The position numbers and the translations under genes are program-made. The notes beneath the pieces are model-generated. The model did not search any database and was not told the DNA's origin. It worked only from the letters and a program-made list of their open reading frames with translations. Shown one piece after another: positions 1 through 11,572 of a DNA stretch of 64,000 bases; positions within the stretch are counted from its first letter, which is position 1; every line of letters starts with the position of its first letter. This DNA is from Takakia lepidozioides. Taxonomy: Eukaryota > Plantae > Bryophyta. The DNA is taken from positions 76,384,001 to 76,448,000 of the forward strand of contig CM060733.1 of the NCBI GenBank assembly GCA_030704615.1, read 5' to 3'.

Positions 1-2354
1 TCTGAATGAAGGCAGGGCTCCGAGTCCGTGAGTACCGCAGGGGTTCCGTTGAAGTGAGGCTATCAGGGAGAAGTTCCTTGGGAACGTTGTTGAACAGAAC
101 GTCGTAATCGAGGGGGTCGCAGTTCGGGTCAACCTTTCCTCCCTCCTTCCGGAAAGCAAAGGTGGAGTTCTCCTTCACAAAGCAGTATGCATCGAACTGC
201 TTCGTCTGCATACACAGGGGGGAACGATTAGAAACCGAATGTGGCACCGCATTTGAAAACACCCAAGCAAATGAATGGACGAGTGCCAGTGTCGTAATCA
301 CCTTCTTCCCTTCCGACCGAAGGCCCAGTGTGTTGATGCACGTCCACTTCTTTTTCAGAATCGGGACGGCGCTCTTGCGGGTCCACTTCGCAATTCCTGT
401 CTGAGTGTTTTTTCCTCTGCTCGCCAGGACAACCACACAGCCTCTGTCGTCCAACACCATGCGGGCAAGCCCGAATCCTTTCTTCCAAAAGTCCTCCGAG
501 TACCTGTTCCAAGATGGCAAAGCTTGCAGTCCTTCCACAGGCTCTCCGTCCGAAATATCCAAGATGATCATATCGCAAGACCACTCGGTGGCATTTCCGC
601 CCCTCCTACAATCCTTGTCTGCACACACCCTCTCAAAGAACGAGACCATATTCTGAAATCCTGGGGTGTCGGAAGGCTCTTCGGCAGTCGCCTTCTTCAG
701 TGCTCTGCCCTTCAGACCCTCCATGGTCTTCATGTATGCCAACTTGGCTGCCCGTCCATCCAAAGCCGCCAAGAAACTCTCATTTACACACTGGACTACT
801 GTTTCGGGAGCCACTTTCGGCCTCTTCATTTCCACCGGCTCGAAAGGGTGCCCCCCTGGGGGGTTGAAGAGTGCCTTCTTTGCCGAGCCAGTTCTCGTGC
901 CTCTCGTGACAACGGTGGGCACAGGGGAGGCAGCCTGCGTTTGGGGGGTGGGCTGGTTGCAAAGTCTCCATCGGAGTCCTCTTCCTCACCCTCTTCCTGA
1001 ACAGGCTGTTTCTGCTTCTTCGTTTTGGCGGGTGTCACAACAGCTGCTCCTTGCTGGCGAGTCCTCTTCTTCGACCCCTTCTGTTGGGCCTGCACAGCTG
1101 CATCCACCGTCTTTTGTGCCATCTCAGCTGCCTTTCTGGATTCTTCCAGAGCAGCAGATTCCTTTGCCGACTTTGGCCCAGCAGGGACACGTCTTTCCTT
1201 TCTCTTCTCTTCTGCCAAGGCGTGCAGATCTTTCTCAGACTTGTCAACAATACCGCCAGACATGTCCAGGTACCACGGGCATCCAACGAGATGCGCGGGA
1301 TGCCATTGTTTCTGCATCTCGGGTGTGTAGACACAGCTTGGGCCCGCCACGGTCCAAGCCATGAAGAACGGGGGCTCTTGAGCCAGGGCCCCTGTCTGAA
1401 GGAGCACGTATTTCATATACCTGCAAGGCAGTCAGCATGCGTGAGCAAAAGTTGAGACCAACCTACTCGCAGAGTGCCACCGAAAACATAAAATGCGAAT
1501 GCGGTGCCGCATTTCCGAGACAAACCTCGTAACCAGGCTTCGCATACAAGGGCAGCTGTGCTTCACCTGTAAACAATTCGCATTGCAGCTTTCCCCGCTC
1601 CCTCCTGATGTGTAAACTCCACGCTCCTTCTTGCTGTCTGTAGCTCTCTGGCGAAAAGGTTGTCCTTGTACGCACATCTGAAACGTGTCACGTAGTCTTC
1701 CAATGTCTGTGTTCCATCCCATTTGACGTACAAGCCGAACGAATTTGTGTGCATTACGACTTGCTCCTTCGCATTCGACATTACCTGCGATTCCCAAATG
1801 CATTGTCACGTAGCAGTTCAGGGAATTCATTTCAGAAAAGCAAATCTGGGGAAGTACCTTGAATTACCTGGAACCACCAAGTCATACGGTTGAGCCACAC
1901 ATCCACTGTAGGGTCGGAAACTTCCAGTGGAAAAGACCACATTGTCCTTATGCTCTCGGATGCATTCCAGATCGACAGCCACCGTGTCTGCCATTTCCGA
2001 TCCAATGTTAGGAGCTGGAAGAGAGTGGCTATTGCTAGGAAGGAACTTCAGTGCATTGAAACCTCACCTTCTCTTTTGCCTCCACACATGCCGTTGAGAG
2101 GTGATGCAGTTTCTCCAATTGCATGGTCGGCTGCATGGCCCGAGAATAGTGTTTTGCAATCTCGGGGATGAAGTCCTTTCCAAGTGCCGGATCTGCAATT
2201 GCCACCAGCTTCACAAGCTCTGACTTGTATTTGGTTCTGGACTTGACACCGGCTTCCTTCAAGTGCTCAGTCAATGACTGCAACGTTTTGACCTGCCCCT
2301 CACTTTCCATGAAGAAGCGTTTGGCATGGGCCAAATCCAGCTTGATGTTTGACT
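1..2354 (-). pseudogene. 3' half of the transposon-borne ParB-methyltransferase-like gene (multi-exon; runs off the window's left edge)
   Basis: Reverse complement is colinear with 41585-43935 (SNIKLDLAHAKRFFMESEG, QEPPFFMAWTVAGP, CDMIILDISDG, TKQFDAYCFVKEN...RSPAFIQ). GT-AG introns present; frameshift near 860. Confidence 0.8.
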
Positions 2355-2962
2355 CTGGAGAGAAAGCCAGACGGCAGTCAATGCATGCACGGTTGTTTTG
2401 CACTTTCAACTACCAATAGTTACTTTGTAAGGTGCTCAAGAGTCCTCACCCACAGCAAATGGCCTTGCAGCACAAGGGAGATAGGATCCAAGCATTTTCT
2501 GTTCACTGTGGCAACCTAACCTAGAGCAGAACTTTGGTGGAGGAGGGTGAAGGCTTTGCTGAATCTTATTCTCACAACAACAAGAGATTTGGTGCAATGA
2601 GTCAATTGAGCAGTAGAGCACTATTAGAGTACTTTGGACATGGAAAAAGACCAGGAGAGCATGTTCAGATACCCACGATTGTGGATATGTAATTTCTATG
2701 AGGAGAGCTGGGGCGACTTGATTGCACCACTCCAGGCCCTGGTGTGGGGCATTCCTCAATTTTCGGGCACCACCCTTGTGTGGGACCTTCCCTTGCATAA
2801 AGCATGTGAAAGATTTCCTTCCACCTTCCGAATCTTTTCGACCAGGCGCTTCTTTTCATTATCTACTCACTGCTAGCTTTTTTTGTGTGTTCTTCCAGTT
2901 TTTGTTGAAAAGAAGAAAGTCAAGCAGTGCCCCAAGCGAGCCAATCTACTCTTGGGGAGCAG

Positions 2963-3007
2963 ATAATAACAAAGATAAAAATAAAAATAAAAATAAAAAT
3001 AAAGATT
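2963..3007 (+). repeat. (AATAAA)n-type microsatellite
   Basis: aataacaaagataaaaataaaaataaaaataaaaataaagat, read directly. Confidence 0.8.
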
Positions 3008-3676
3008 CTTTAAAGTCCAGTGAATTTACTGAGCCTACTGCTCAACACACAGGCCATCGAGGGCCCAATGGATGGTCTGAAGGCACATGTTGAAGGATTG
3101 AACCCACCCTGGTTGTGCACAGGCAAGGCACAAACACCCAACCACTGGGCAAGTGCTTTATGTTTAACGGGAAGGTCAACGAACATCCATGAGCGGATTG
3201 TTCATCCATTTTTCTGGATGAACACTGGGAAGAGAGAGGGAGCGAGGCTCGTGTTGAGTCCTTCTGATCCTCACTGGGATCCTGTGTCTTCAGTGCTACT
3301 CGCTTCTTCTTGCGTGCTCGCTGCCACGGACGCCCTGCATCGTCTCCTCACTATGCCGCACAACGCCATTCCAATGGCTGGGGATGCTTGTACATGCGGT
3401 ATGAGGTCTTTCCCACATGTATTGATGTCTGTTGGGATTTAATATTCTGAAAGAGGTAGTGGGTTCTTGAGAGTGTGAAGTCATGGCATGGCATGCAGCT
3501 TGTGGTGGATGAAGGGTGGTGCTGCATCGGAAGCCGATCGAGGGTGAACATGATGGAGCGTACAGCGGAAGAGTCAAAATGTAGGATGGGCTACCTGGGC
3601 GGCGCTTGCGATTGTTGGTGTGTGCTATGTTCGCTGTGCCGTGCAGTGGCTGCCTCCTCTCTGGTCGAAATCCAGT

Positions 3677-3940
3677 GCTGCATCTGCTCAAAGGTCCACG
3701 CGTGCTTCCAGCTCTCAGGGTCTACATGAACGGGCTACCGAGGATGACTGACTCAGTGGATATCAGCGCTGCATCTGCTCAAAGGTCCGCGCTTGCTTCC
3801 AGCTCTCAGGATCCACATGAACGGGCTGCCGAGGATGACTCAGTGGATATCAGCTCTGCATCTGCTCAAAGGTCCACGCTTGCTTCCAGCTCTCAGGATC
3901 CACATGAACGGGCTGCCGAGGATGACTCAGTGGATATCAA
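3677..3940 (+). repeat. 87-bp tandem repeat, about 3 copies
   Basis: ctcagtggatatca recurs at 3752, 3839 and 3926. Confidence 0.9.
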
Positions 3941-4596
3941 CCGCGGCAACCGAACCCCCAGAGGTAACGCTGTCAGCTTTCTTTCCTCCATTGAGAGAGC
4001 TACTCCGCTGGCCTCCTTGGGTGGGATTGACAATTAGTAGGGGTTATCAGACGATAGTCCACCGCCGCCAGCTTCTTTTGTGAACATTCCGCACCTCCCA
4101 GAAGTGGTGGAAATTTGGCGGGACTTGATGAGCATAAGTCCTTCTCACCTTGCGCCAACTTGTTTGAAGTATGGGGAGTAGTTCGCACCAGACAAAGAAG
4201 CACTGTTCTGGTGTTAAGTTTAGGAACTATCCGTGGTAAACATGATGACATGGGAATGCAAGAGAACTGGAAGAAACGACGTAGGTGAGTAAGCTGGGTG
4301 CACGACTGAAAGTGGGAGTTACCTGCTGGAGATGAGAAAAGTTTAATCTGTTTTAGAAGTCCATGGACGCCAGCTTGAAGGTCTAACACTGGTATTACAA
4401 TACTGGTGTTAATCGGTACATGTGAGTCCGCAGGTGATGTGCACTAAGAGTCACACACCTAAATAGTGTCACAATTGGTACGAATCTGAGGTATGAAAGA
4501 TAGATTGTACTCATAAGATGCTGTTTGCCGTAGCCTTGTGGCCATTGACCCCGCGCCCAGTTTGAGCGGGAACAAAAGGAACAGAACCTACCTCCG

Positions 4597-7500
4597 TCAG
4601 GGGCTGACGTTGGTAGTAAGACTTCCCTTCATATAAAGAATTAATCCGGGTTTTCCAACTAGAAAACCCTTCACACAAGCATCAATCTGCTGTGTGTGAT
4701 TTGCCCAAAAACTAGGCCTCAGGAGGGCCTGGGCTTTTGGCTCAGCCTCGAGACTTTCAAAGTTGGTAAACAGGGGTACAGGCACAATTCCCTTGATAGA
4801 ATTGAAGAAAGCGTCTCTTTGGTGAGAGAACCCCGGACAGTGTATCAGAAATGAATACTGTCTTCAGATTGCCCACACAACGGACAATTGCACTCTCCCT
4901 TTCCTCTCTGCTTCTGTTTGCTGTTCAAAGGTAGGCTTCCTGCCCTGAGTTTAAATTTCAGTCTAGTGCCGAGAGTGGGTAGACCCTTGAGGTCATCCAA
5001 GATGTCCACCCCCATGTCACTGACTGGAAACAAGTTCAGGGAAGTTCTCTGCCTAACTTCATTTTCATCAGGCAATCTCATGGCAACAGACATGGCTTCA
5101 GACACTACAGCCTCTAAGTCAGATTTATCCAGCAGGGTCAAGACTTGCGGATCCAGGTCCAGGTCCTTGAGAATCTTTTCTACTCTCTTCTGCCAGGACT
5201 TAGCCTGTTTGACAGGGCGGTCCTGTTTCCAAGATATAGAGTCGATTAACTTAGGATATCTGGTGTTGGGCATATGTTGCAGCTGACCCCACCATCTGAC
5301 CTTGAATTCATCTCGTCGGGAGCTTAAGGATGGAATGCCAAACTCACCCCGAACAGCCACATTGGCTGTTTTGGAGCATGCTGACATACACTCCTTAAGC
5401 ACCCCCACTTGAATGGATTCTAGAGACTTAGCCTGGTTGGAGTTATCAACCCATATAGCAGATCCGTACTCCAAGGCAGGTCTAATAACGCGAGAAAGCA
5501 TGGTTTTCTTAACCTCAGAGTTGACCCCTCTGCAGTGGAAAAATTTAGTGAGCCCCAGAGCTTTGCCCTTGCCAGTTTGAACAACTTTCCGGATATGTGC
5601 ATCCCAATTACAATTGGAGGAAAACTCAACGCCCAGGTAAGTGTAGGAAGGGAGGACCGGGATCTCTTGGCTACCCCACTGCCACTTAAGATCACTTCCT
5701 CCATCTCCTCTGTCGCTGAATGCTACCACTGCACATTTGCTGACATTAGCCTCTAGCCCCCAAAGATCAAAGTATCTCTTCGCGCAATCAATCAACTCCT
5801 GGAGATTGATCGGAGTCTCCCCTATGCCTGCGAAGTCATCCGCAAACATAAGGGCTGGTATGGTGGTATCACCCACCCTTAACCCAAATCCTTCACTTTC
5901 CACATCCTCGAGGAGTTGATTGATGAAAACATTGAAGAGCAGAGGGGAGAGAGTACATCCTTGAGCTACACCTTGGTCTATGTCAAAGAAGTTGGACTTC
6001 TGTCCGTTAACAGTGACACAGCTTTTGGTGTGAGCATACAAGTTGTGGCCAACTCTCCACATCTTTCCCTTGATCCCACAAGACCAGAGGCGGAACCATA
6101 TGCCATCTCTCCACACTGTGTCATAAGCCTTTTTGACATCCAGGAAAAAAACATAAGTGGGTTTCCCTTCTTTTTTCCTTCCCTGAATAATCTGGCTTAG
6201 AGTGAAGATATGATCCACACAGCCCCTGTTTCGCCGAAAGCCAGCTTGGCCTTCATGGAAACAACCTCTAGACTCCAGATCAACCTCGAGACGAGTACTT
6301 ATAGCTCTGCAGAATGTCTTGCCAACAGCATTGAGGAGCATGATGCCACGGTAGTTCCCCGGTTCTTCTCTGTCACCCTTCTTGTATAGATTGACAATGA
6401 CCCCCTGTCGCCAGCGAAAGGGGATCATTTCAGTCTTCCAGATAAGGTTAAAGAGGAGAACTAGGGCCTCTATCATGGGATCGCCACCGTGCTTGATAAG
6501 CTCATTGACAGTACCATCAGGTCCACCAGCTTTATATCCATTTAAATGTTCAATTGCTTCCACAATCTCAGAAGAACTAATGGGAGCGTTATAAGCCATT
6601 GAAATATACTCCAGTTCATCAGGGCTGTTTTGAATCATAGGAACAGTTTTTCCAACTGTGTCCCTCCATTTAGCAGAAGACCCCTCACTGTTAGACCTAG
6701 AAGTTCTGCCAAGGATACTGTAGTGATTTTCAAAGGTTTTGACAATGTCAACCGATGAAGTCACCACTGCACCTTTAGTAGTCTTCAGCGCTTGTACTTG
6801 CTGACCGTTTTTAGGCTTGTACAAACGTTGAAGGGCCAACCAGAATTTCTTGTCATTACCACCATAGTGGTTTGAGTTTATTTCACTGTATAACTTATCC
6901 CAGTATAATTTCTTCTGAGACCTAACAAGCTGATTGATATCTTTCCGGAGCTGATAGTACCTCGCCCACAATTCTCTGTTGGTTTTCAAATTGCAGCACT
7001 CTTTATAGAGGGCTCGTCTCTCAGCTATCTTGAGTTTGATCTCATTGGTCCACCAATTAACAGCTCTACCGCAGACAATTAGTTTCCTCCCAATGATCTT
7101 GTCAGCCACGGAGGAGACGAAACTCTCCCAAGAGTCCACTGCTCTTTCGACTTCATTTCTTGCGTTGTCAGAGCGAGACTGAAGTTCTTGGAGCGATTGG
7201 ACAAAATGAGGGAGAGCCTCTTGCAAGGCCTGGACGTACTCAGCCTTTACCTCCTCATTATGGAATTTTTCTATGCGCCACTTCCGAATCGAACGTTTCA
7301 CAGATCTCTTGGTGTTGGAAAAACACCTTTTGATCTCAGTCCAAACCAGGAAGTGGTCAGAGGTACCAATATCAGTTCTGTCGATCAACACATTGGCACA
7401 CTGGGGAAACAAATTTTTGTCCATTATGATATAGTCCACAATGGAACGTTCCCCAGTTTGGGATTTCTCACTAGTCCACTGCACTTGGTCACCTCTTGTC

Positions 7501-7955
7501 CTGTTATTCAAGGTCAAAAGCTGAAGCTCTTCCAGACAGTTAATTAACCGTCTGCCACTAGAATTCAGCTCGTCCTCACCAAAAGGCCCAATGATATCGT
7601 CCTGATGGAGCCCTTTGCCCACCCGGGCATTGAAGTCACCCAATAGCACTACCTGACCTTTGGCAAGGAACGAAGCACAGTCCAGCTTTACATCTTCGAA
7701 GGCTTTGTCTGCATCAGCACTAAGGGTCCCCTCTGTGGGCATGTAAACACAACCCACAAAGAGGTCCTTCGTACTCATGCCGCCCTTCAGATTCAGTTTT
7801 AGCCAGATACTATGCTCGTACCTCAAACCCTTGTTGATAATTTCACAATTATCAAACAAGAAATCACGGATAAAGAATCCAACCCCTTTTTGACCGCGTT
7901 TGGCAGAGGCTGCCTTGAGAGTACACATCCTACCTGCCCATTTATAACCATTGAA
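4597..7955 (-). mobile_element. Non-LTR retrotransposon (LINE), 5'-truncated
   Basis: APE endonuclease motifs (LLGDFNAR, IVDY, SDH) and RT motifs (NYRGI, FLDVKKAYD, QGCTLSPLLF, FADD). The C-terminal CPLC...HF(LIHC) knuckle is split by a 1-nt frameshift at about 4847. Confidence 0.92.
4845..7928 (-). CDS. LINE ORF2 endonuclease-reverse transcriptase (1027 aa open)
   Basis: ORF track translation contains the EN and RT motifs. Confidence 0.9.
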   Translation of the reverse strand: MCTLKAASAKRGQKGVGFFIRDFLFDNCEIINKGLRYEHSIWLKLNLKGGMSTKDLFVGCVYMPTEGTLSADADKAFEDVKLDCASFLAKGQVVLLGDFNARVGKGLHQDDIIGPFGEDELNSSGRRLINCLEELQLLTLNNRTRGDQVQWTSEKSQTGERSIVDYIIMDKNLFPQCANVLIDRTDIGTSDHFLVWTEIKRCFSNTKRSVKRSIRKWRIEKFHNEEVKAEYVQALQEALPHFVQSLQELQSRSDNARNEVERAVDSWESFVSSVADKIIGRKLIVCGRAVNWWTNEIKLKIAERRALYKECCNLKTNRELWARYYQLRKDINQLVRSQKKLYWDKLYSEINSNHYGGNDKKFWLALQRLYKPKNGQQVQALKTTKGAVVTSSVDIVKTFENHYSILGRTSRSNSEGSSAKWRDTVGKTVPMIQNSPDELEYISMAYNAPISSSEIVEAIEHLNGYKAGGPDGTVNELIKHGGDPMIEALVLLFNLIWKTEMIPFRWRQGVIVNLYKKGDREEPGNYRGIMLLNAVGKTFCRAISTRLEVDLESRGCFHEGQAGFRRNRGCVDHIFTLSQIIQGRKKEGKPTYVFFLDVKKAYDTVWRDGIWFRLWSCGIKGKMWRVGHNLYAHTKSCVTVNGQKSNFFDIDQGVAQGCTLSPLLFNVFINQLLEDVESEGFGLRVGDTTIPALMFADDFAGIGETPINLQELIDCAKRYFDLWGLEANVSKCAVVAFSDRGDGGSDLKWQWGSQEIPVLPSYTYLGVEFSSNCNWDAHIRKVVQTGKGKALGLTKFFHCRGVNSEVKKTMLSRVIRPALEYGSAIWVDNSNQAKSLESIQVGVLKECMSACSKTANVAVRGEFGIPSLSSRRDEFKVRWWGQLQHMPNTRYPKLIDSISWKQDRPVKQAKSWQKRVEKILKDLDLDPQVLTLLDKSDLEAVVSEAMSVAMRLPDENEVRQRTSLNLFPVSDMGVDILDDLKGLPTLGTRLKFKLRAGSLPLNSKQKQRGKGECNCPLCGQSEDSIHF

Positions 7956-8214
7956 AGATAGAAAGATAGAAAGAGAGTCAGGGGTGAGGGAACTGGTGGC
8001 GTGGTAAATACCTTTTCGCTCAGCCCCAGGAGCCTCACCATTTTTTGGTTTGTATGCTCAGGCATGGGCATTGACTTGGGGATTGTTTTCTTGTCATGGC
8101 TGCTGGAAAATCCCCTTGAGTTAAGGTCAGATTAAACTGACCCTTTTGCAAGTCAACCTCATCCTCTTAGGCATTCACTTTGTGCAGGAAAAGGTTCTGT
8201 TCTTCTATGTGCAG

Positions 8215-8659
8215 GTCCCGTGGAGAGGTATGATGTGTTTATCAGTCATAGAGGGCCGGACGTAAAGAAGACTTTCGTGGGCCACTTGGTTGAGGCGCTG
8301 CGCACTGCTGGGTTTAAACCGTTCCTCGACGCCAAAGATATTGGTTTGGGAGAGTGTCCATGGGAGTCCATCGATCATGCTATCCGCAGTGCTCGTATCT
8401 GCATACCGGTGTTCAGTAAGGGTTATACGGGGTCCAAGTGGTGCCTGGATGAGCTATGCCTCATGTTGAAAAGCCGTGACAATGTCATCTTGCCCATCTT
8501 CTATGATGTGAAACCCAGCGATGTACGTTGGCCAGATAATGGTTGTCTAAGGGCTGGACTTGAGAAACAAAGAGAGCGGCACACTGATGAAGAAGTGACA
8601 AAGTGGAAGGAAGCACTCACTCAAGCATCACATCGCATGGGAGTGGAACTTGCAGATGG
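8215..8659 (+). CDS. TIR domain exon
   Basis: YDVFISHRGPDVKKTF, PVFSKGY and WCLDEL (catalytic Glu retained), PIFYDV. Confidence 0.93.
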
Positions 8660-9685
8660 GTAGGGTGTGCAAAGTTTGCTTGCTTACTCCTGTATATTTG
8701 GCATGATGATGATTTACTTGATTTCCCACCTCCCTCCCACTCCCGAGAACTCTTGACTTTTATAAGCATTCATTACCCAATTCCTCCTACCTTGCTGTCT
8801 TCCTTGTATGACTCTACCCTTGAAGTTGTGGAGGCCTTTGTCAACAACGAGGGGCTGCATGGGGATATCGTTTTCTTCTCTTGTCGGTTTTAAGGATTTG
8901 TCATGCGTTCTTGTACCATCAGGTCATTGCACTTACTTTCTCTTGGAGAGAAAATGATGGTGGCCTGATACTTCCATACTTCTTCATTTTTTGCTTGGTC
9001 CATGGATGTGTGAGAGGCAGTCACCAAGTCTATATACTACAATTCTTAGTTCAGTGTTCATATGAATCCATGTTCATTGTTTTGTTATGGTCGGCGTCTT
9101 TTATACATGCTTCTTTTTTTCTTTTCTTTTTCTTTTTCTATTACTTTTTTGTTGCTGTTTCTCTAATTGTTTTTTGTTTGCTCATCTGAAAATTCCTCTA
9201 TAATAACCTTAGATCAGATCTGCTCAATGCTTCTTATTTGGCTTCCTTTAATTGTAAGTAAGGATATATCTCCATATTCGTAAAGATATTACAGCCCACT
9301 CTCTATTTCCTCATTCTTTTTATCTAATAGGAAAGAATCGCGCATGCAAATGTAGAAGTGGGACTTTAATTATATGATTTAGGATATTTCATATAAATTT
9401 TATGATAGTTGTAATTGTTTGTTTTCTGACGAGATCTTTTAGTGGATCAACATCACTTTAATGGCAAAGCCCCTTGGCACTATGAGCTTTGCATAAAAAG
9501 TTGTTTGTTGCACTCTTAGATCACAAAGTGTGGTGCTGATTGTGGTGTAGATGTTGGAGCTCTTTGGAAGCTTGCTTGTGACTTTGGATAACTGATTGAA
9601 AATTACTGATTCTTAGAAGCAATTCTTGATGAGATGCTTATGGGGCACAGCCTTATGTAGCCTTATCAATACCCTTGATGTGCAG

Positions 9686-10795
9686 GTCTGAAGTGAGTGT
9701 GCTGAAGAAAGTCGTGAAGAAAGTTGTTAAAGTTTTGAACATATTACCATTTGGAACTGCCAAACACCCTGTCGGGCTTGAGGAAAGAGCAAAAATTGTA
9801 ATCCAAAGTCTGCAGCTTGGTCCAGGAGTTAGGTCATTTGGCATATGGGGCACAGGTGGAGTGGGCAAGACGACATTAGCAAAAGAAATATACAATATTA
9901 TTTTTACGGGTTTTGAGGCGGCTAGTTTTGTGGCAGACATCAAGGAGAGAGCTAAGCAGCCTGATGGGGTCACCAACATGCAAAAGCAATTGCACGATGA
10001 CATATGCAAAAATACAGATTTAAGGATGAATTGCGTATATCGAGGAAAAGAAATATTGAAGGCGCGTCTACGTGGGAAGAAGGTTTTGATTGTGTTGGAT
10101 GACGTTGATGATCAGTCTCAAATGGATGCTCTATTGTTCGATGCAGAGATGTTTGGAGAACTAGGAGATGGGAGTTGTTGTGTGATGACATCACGTGACA
10201 AGCATTGATGTCAAAACTTGGTGGTCTTTACAATGTCGAGGGTCTTTGTGAGGAAGATTCGAAGAAGTTGTTCAATTTGCATGCCTTTTCGAATTCGAAC
10301 CCAAAAGAACATTTTGAAAAGCTTGCAACTGATGTTGTGAAAGCTTGTGGTGGGCTTCCGTTAATTTTGGAGATAATTGGCGCATCATTGAGTGGACAGG
10401 AGAACAGAGACATTTGGGAAGAAGTCCTTGAGAAGTTGAAGAAACAATCTTATCTCCCAGAGAACAAAAAACTATATGAGATCTTGCGAATAAGCTTTGA
10501 TGCTCTCGAGGAAAATCATAAAAAAATGTTCCTTGACATTGCTTGCGTGCTCCTTGGGGAATCAAGTGAGATAGCTAAACGAGCCTGGAAAGGATCTGGG
10601 TGGTCTGCAGAGATTGGACTTCAAAATCTCATTGATAAGGCATTGGTGAAGTTGGACCATGAACGCAGATTCTTGATGCATGATCATCTACGAGACATGG
10701 GTCGACACATCGTGACGATAGAGCATGGTTTGCTTGAGAGGTGGAGTGGCTTTTGGGTACCTCAAGACGAAGCAACAGACCTGAGTGAAAATGAG
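9686..10795 (+). CDS. NB-ARC exon (frameshift at about 10203)
   Basis: P-loop GTGGVGKTTLA, kinase-2 VLIVLDDVD, RNBS-B TSRD, CGGLPL, FLDIAC, MHD. Confidence 0.92.
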
Positions 10796-11572
10796 GTGAT
10801 TTCATAAAAATCGAACTGTCTATTCCATTGTTGTTAAAGTTTGTACGATGCAAGTCAAGACTCAAATATTTGATTGATGGGTGAAGAGGGGGCGAACTGA
10901 TTGTTCCAAGTGTTAACACATTTTGGAAGCTGCACAACTTCAAGGCTTGACTGTAAATCAACAACTTGATGGACATTCATTGTACAAGAGAAACACAAAA
11001 TGTAATGCACGTTCAATTTTTTTCATAGATGCCATATGATTGGAATTTCTATTTGAAGATGTCATGAATGTTGTTATCTGTTGAATACAAGAATGTATGT
11101 TGTGGTGTTGTCCAGATCAAATCCAAGGTCCAAGTGCTTTCACTAAATTTGGAGAATGTGGACAGAGATTCCAAAAGATTGGCTATGGAGAGCTTTCAGA
11201 CCATGAAAAAGCTAAGAATACTTTTCTTACATGATTTCACATGCGAATCTTCCATTACTTTACCAAAGAGTTTGACATGGTTTCGCATGTGTGATTTGCG
11301 ATCCGACTACTTGCCTCACGGGCTTTTTTTTGCAAACAATTTGCGCGTGCTTCATGTGCGAGATAGTACCATCCAAAAGTTGTGGGAGGAAGATCATAAT
11401 AATCAGGTACATGTTATCTAAATTGAATATCATATATTACATTAAATGTAGACTTTAGATTGTATGCTTCTTTGAAATGTTGTGTTGTAAAAAATGAATT
11501 GGGATCAATATCTATTATTTTGAGTAAAACTAGGTGCGGATAGTAATAAATTTTGGTGATATTGTCTTGAAG

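Noticed and set aside
2440-3007. LINE 3' remnant ending in an AATAAA tail
   Set aside because: Only a faint Cys/His pattern; not supportable.
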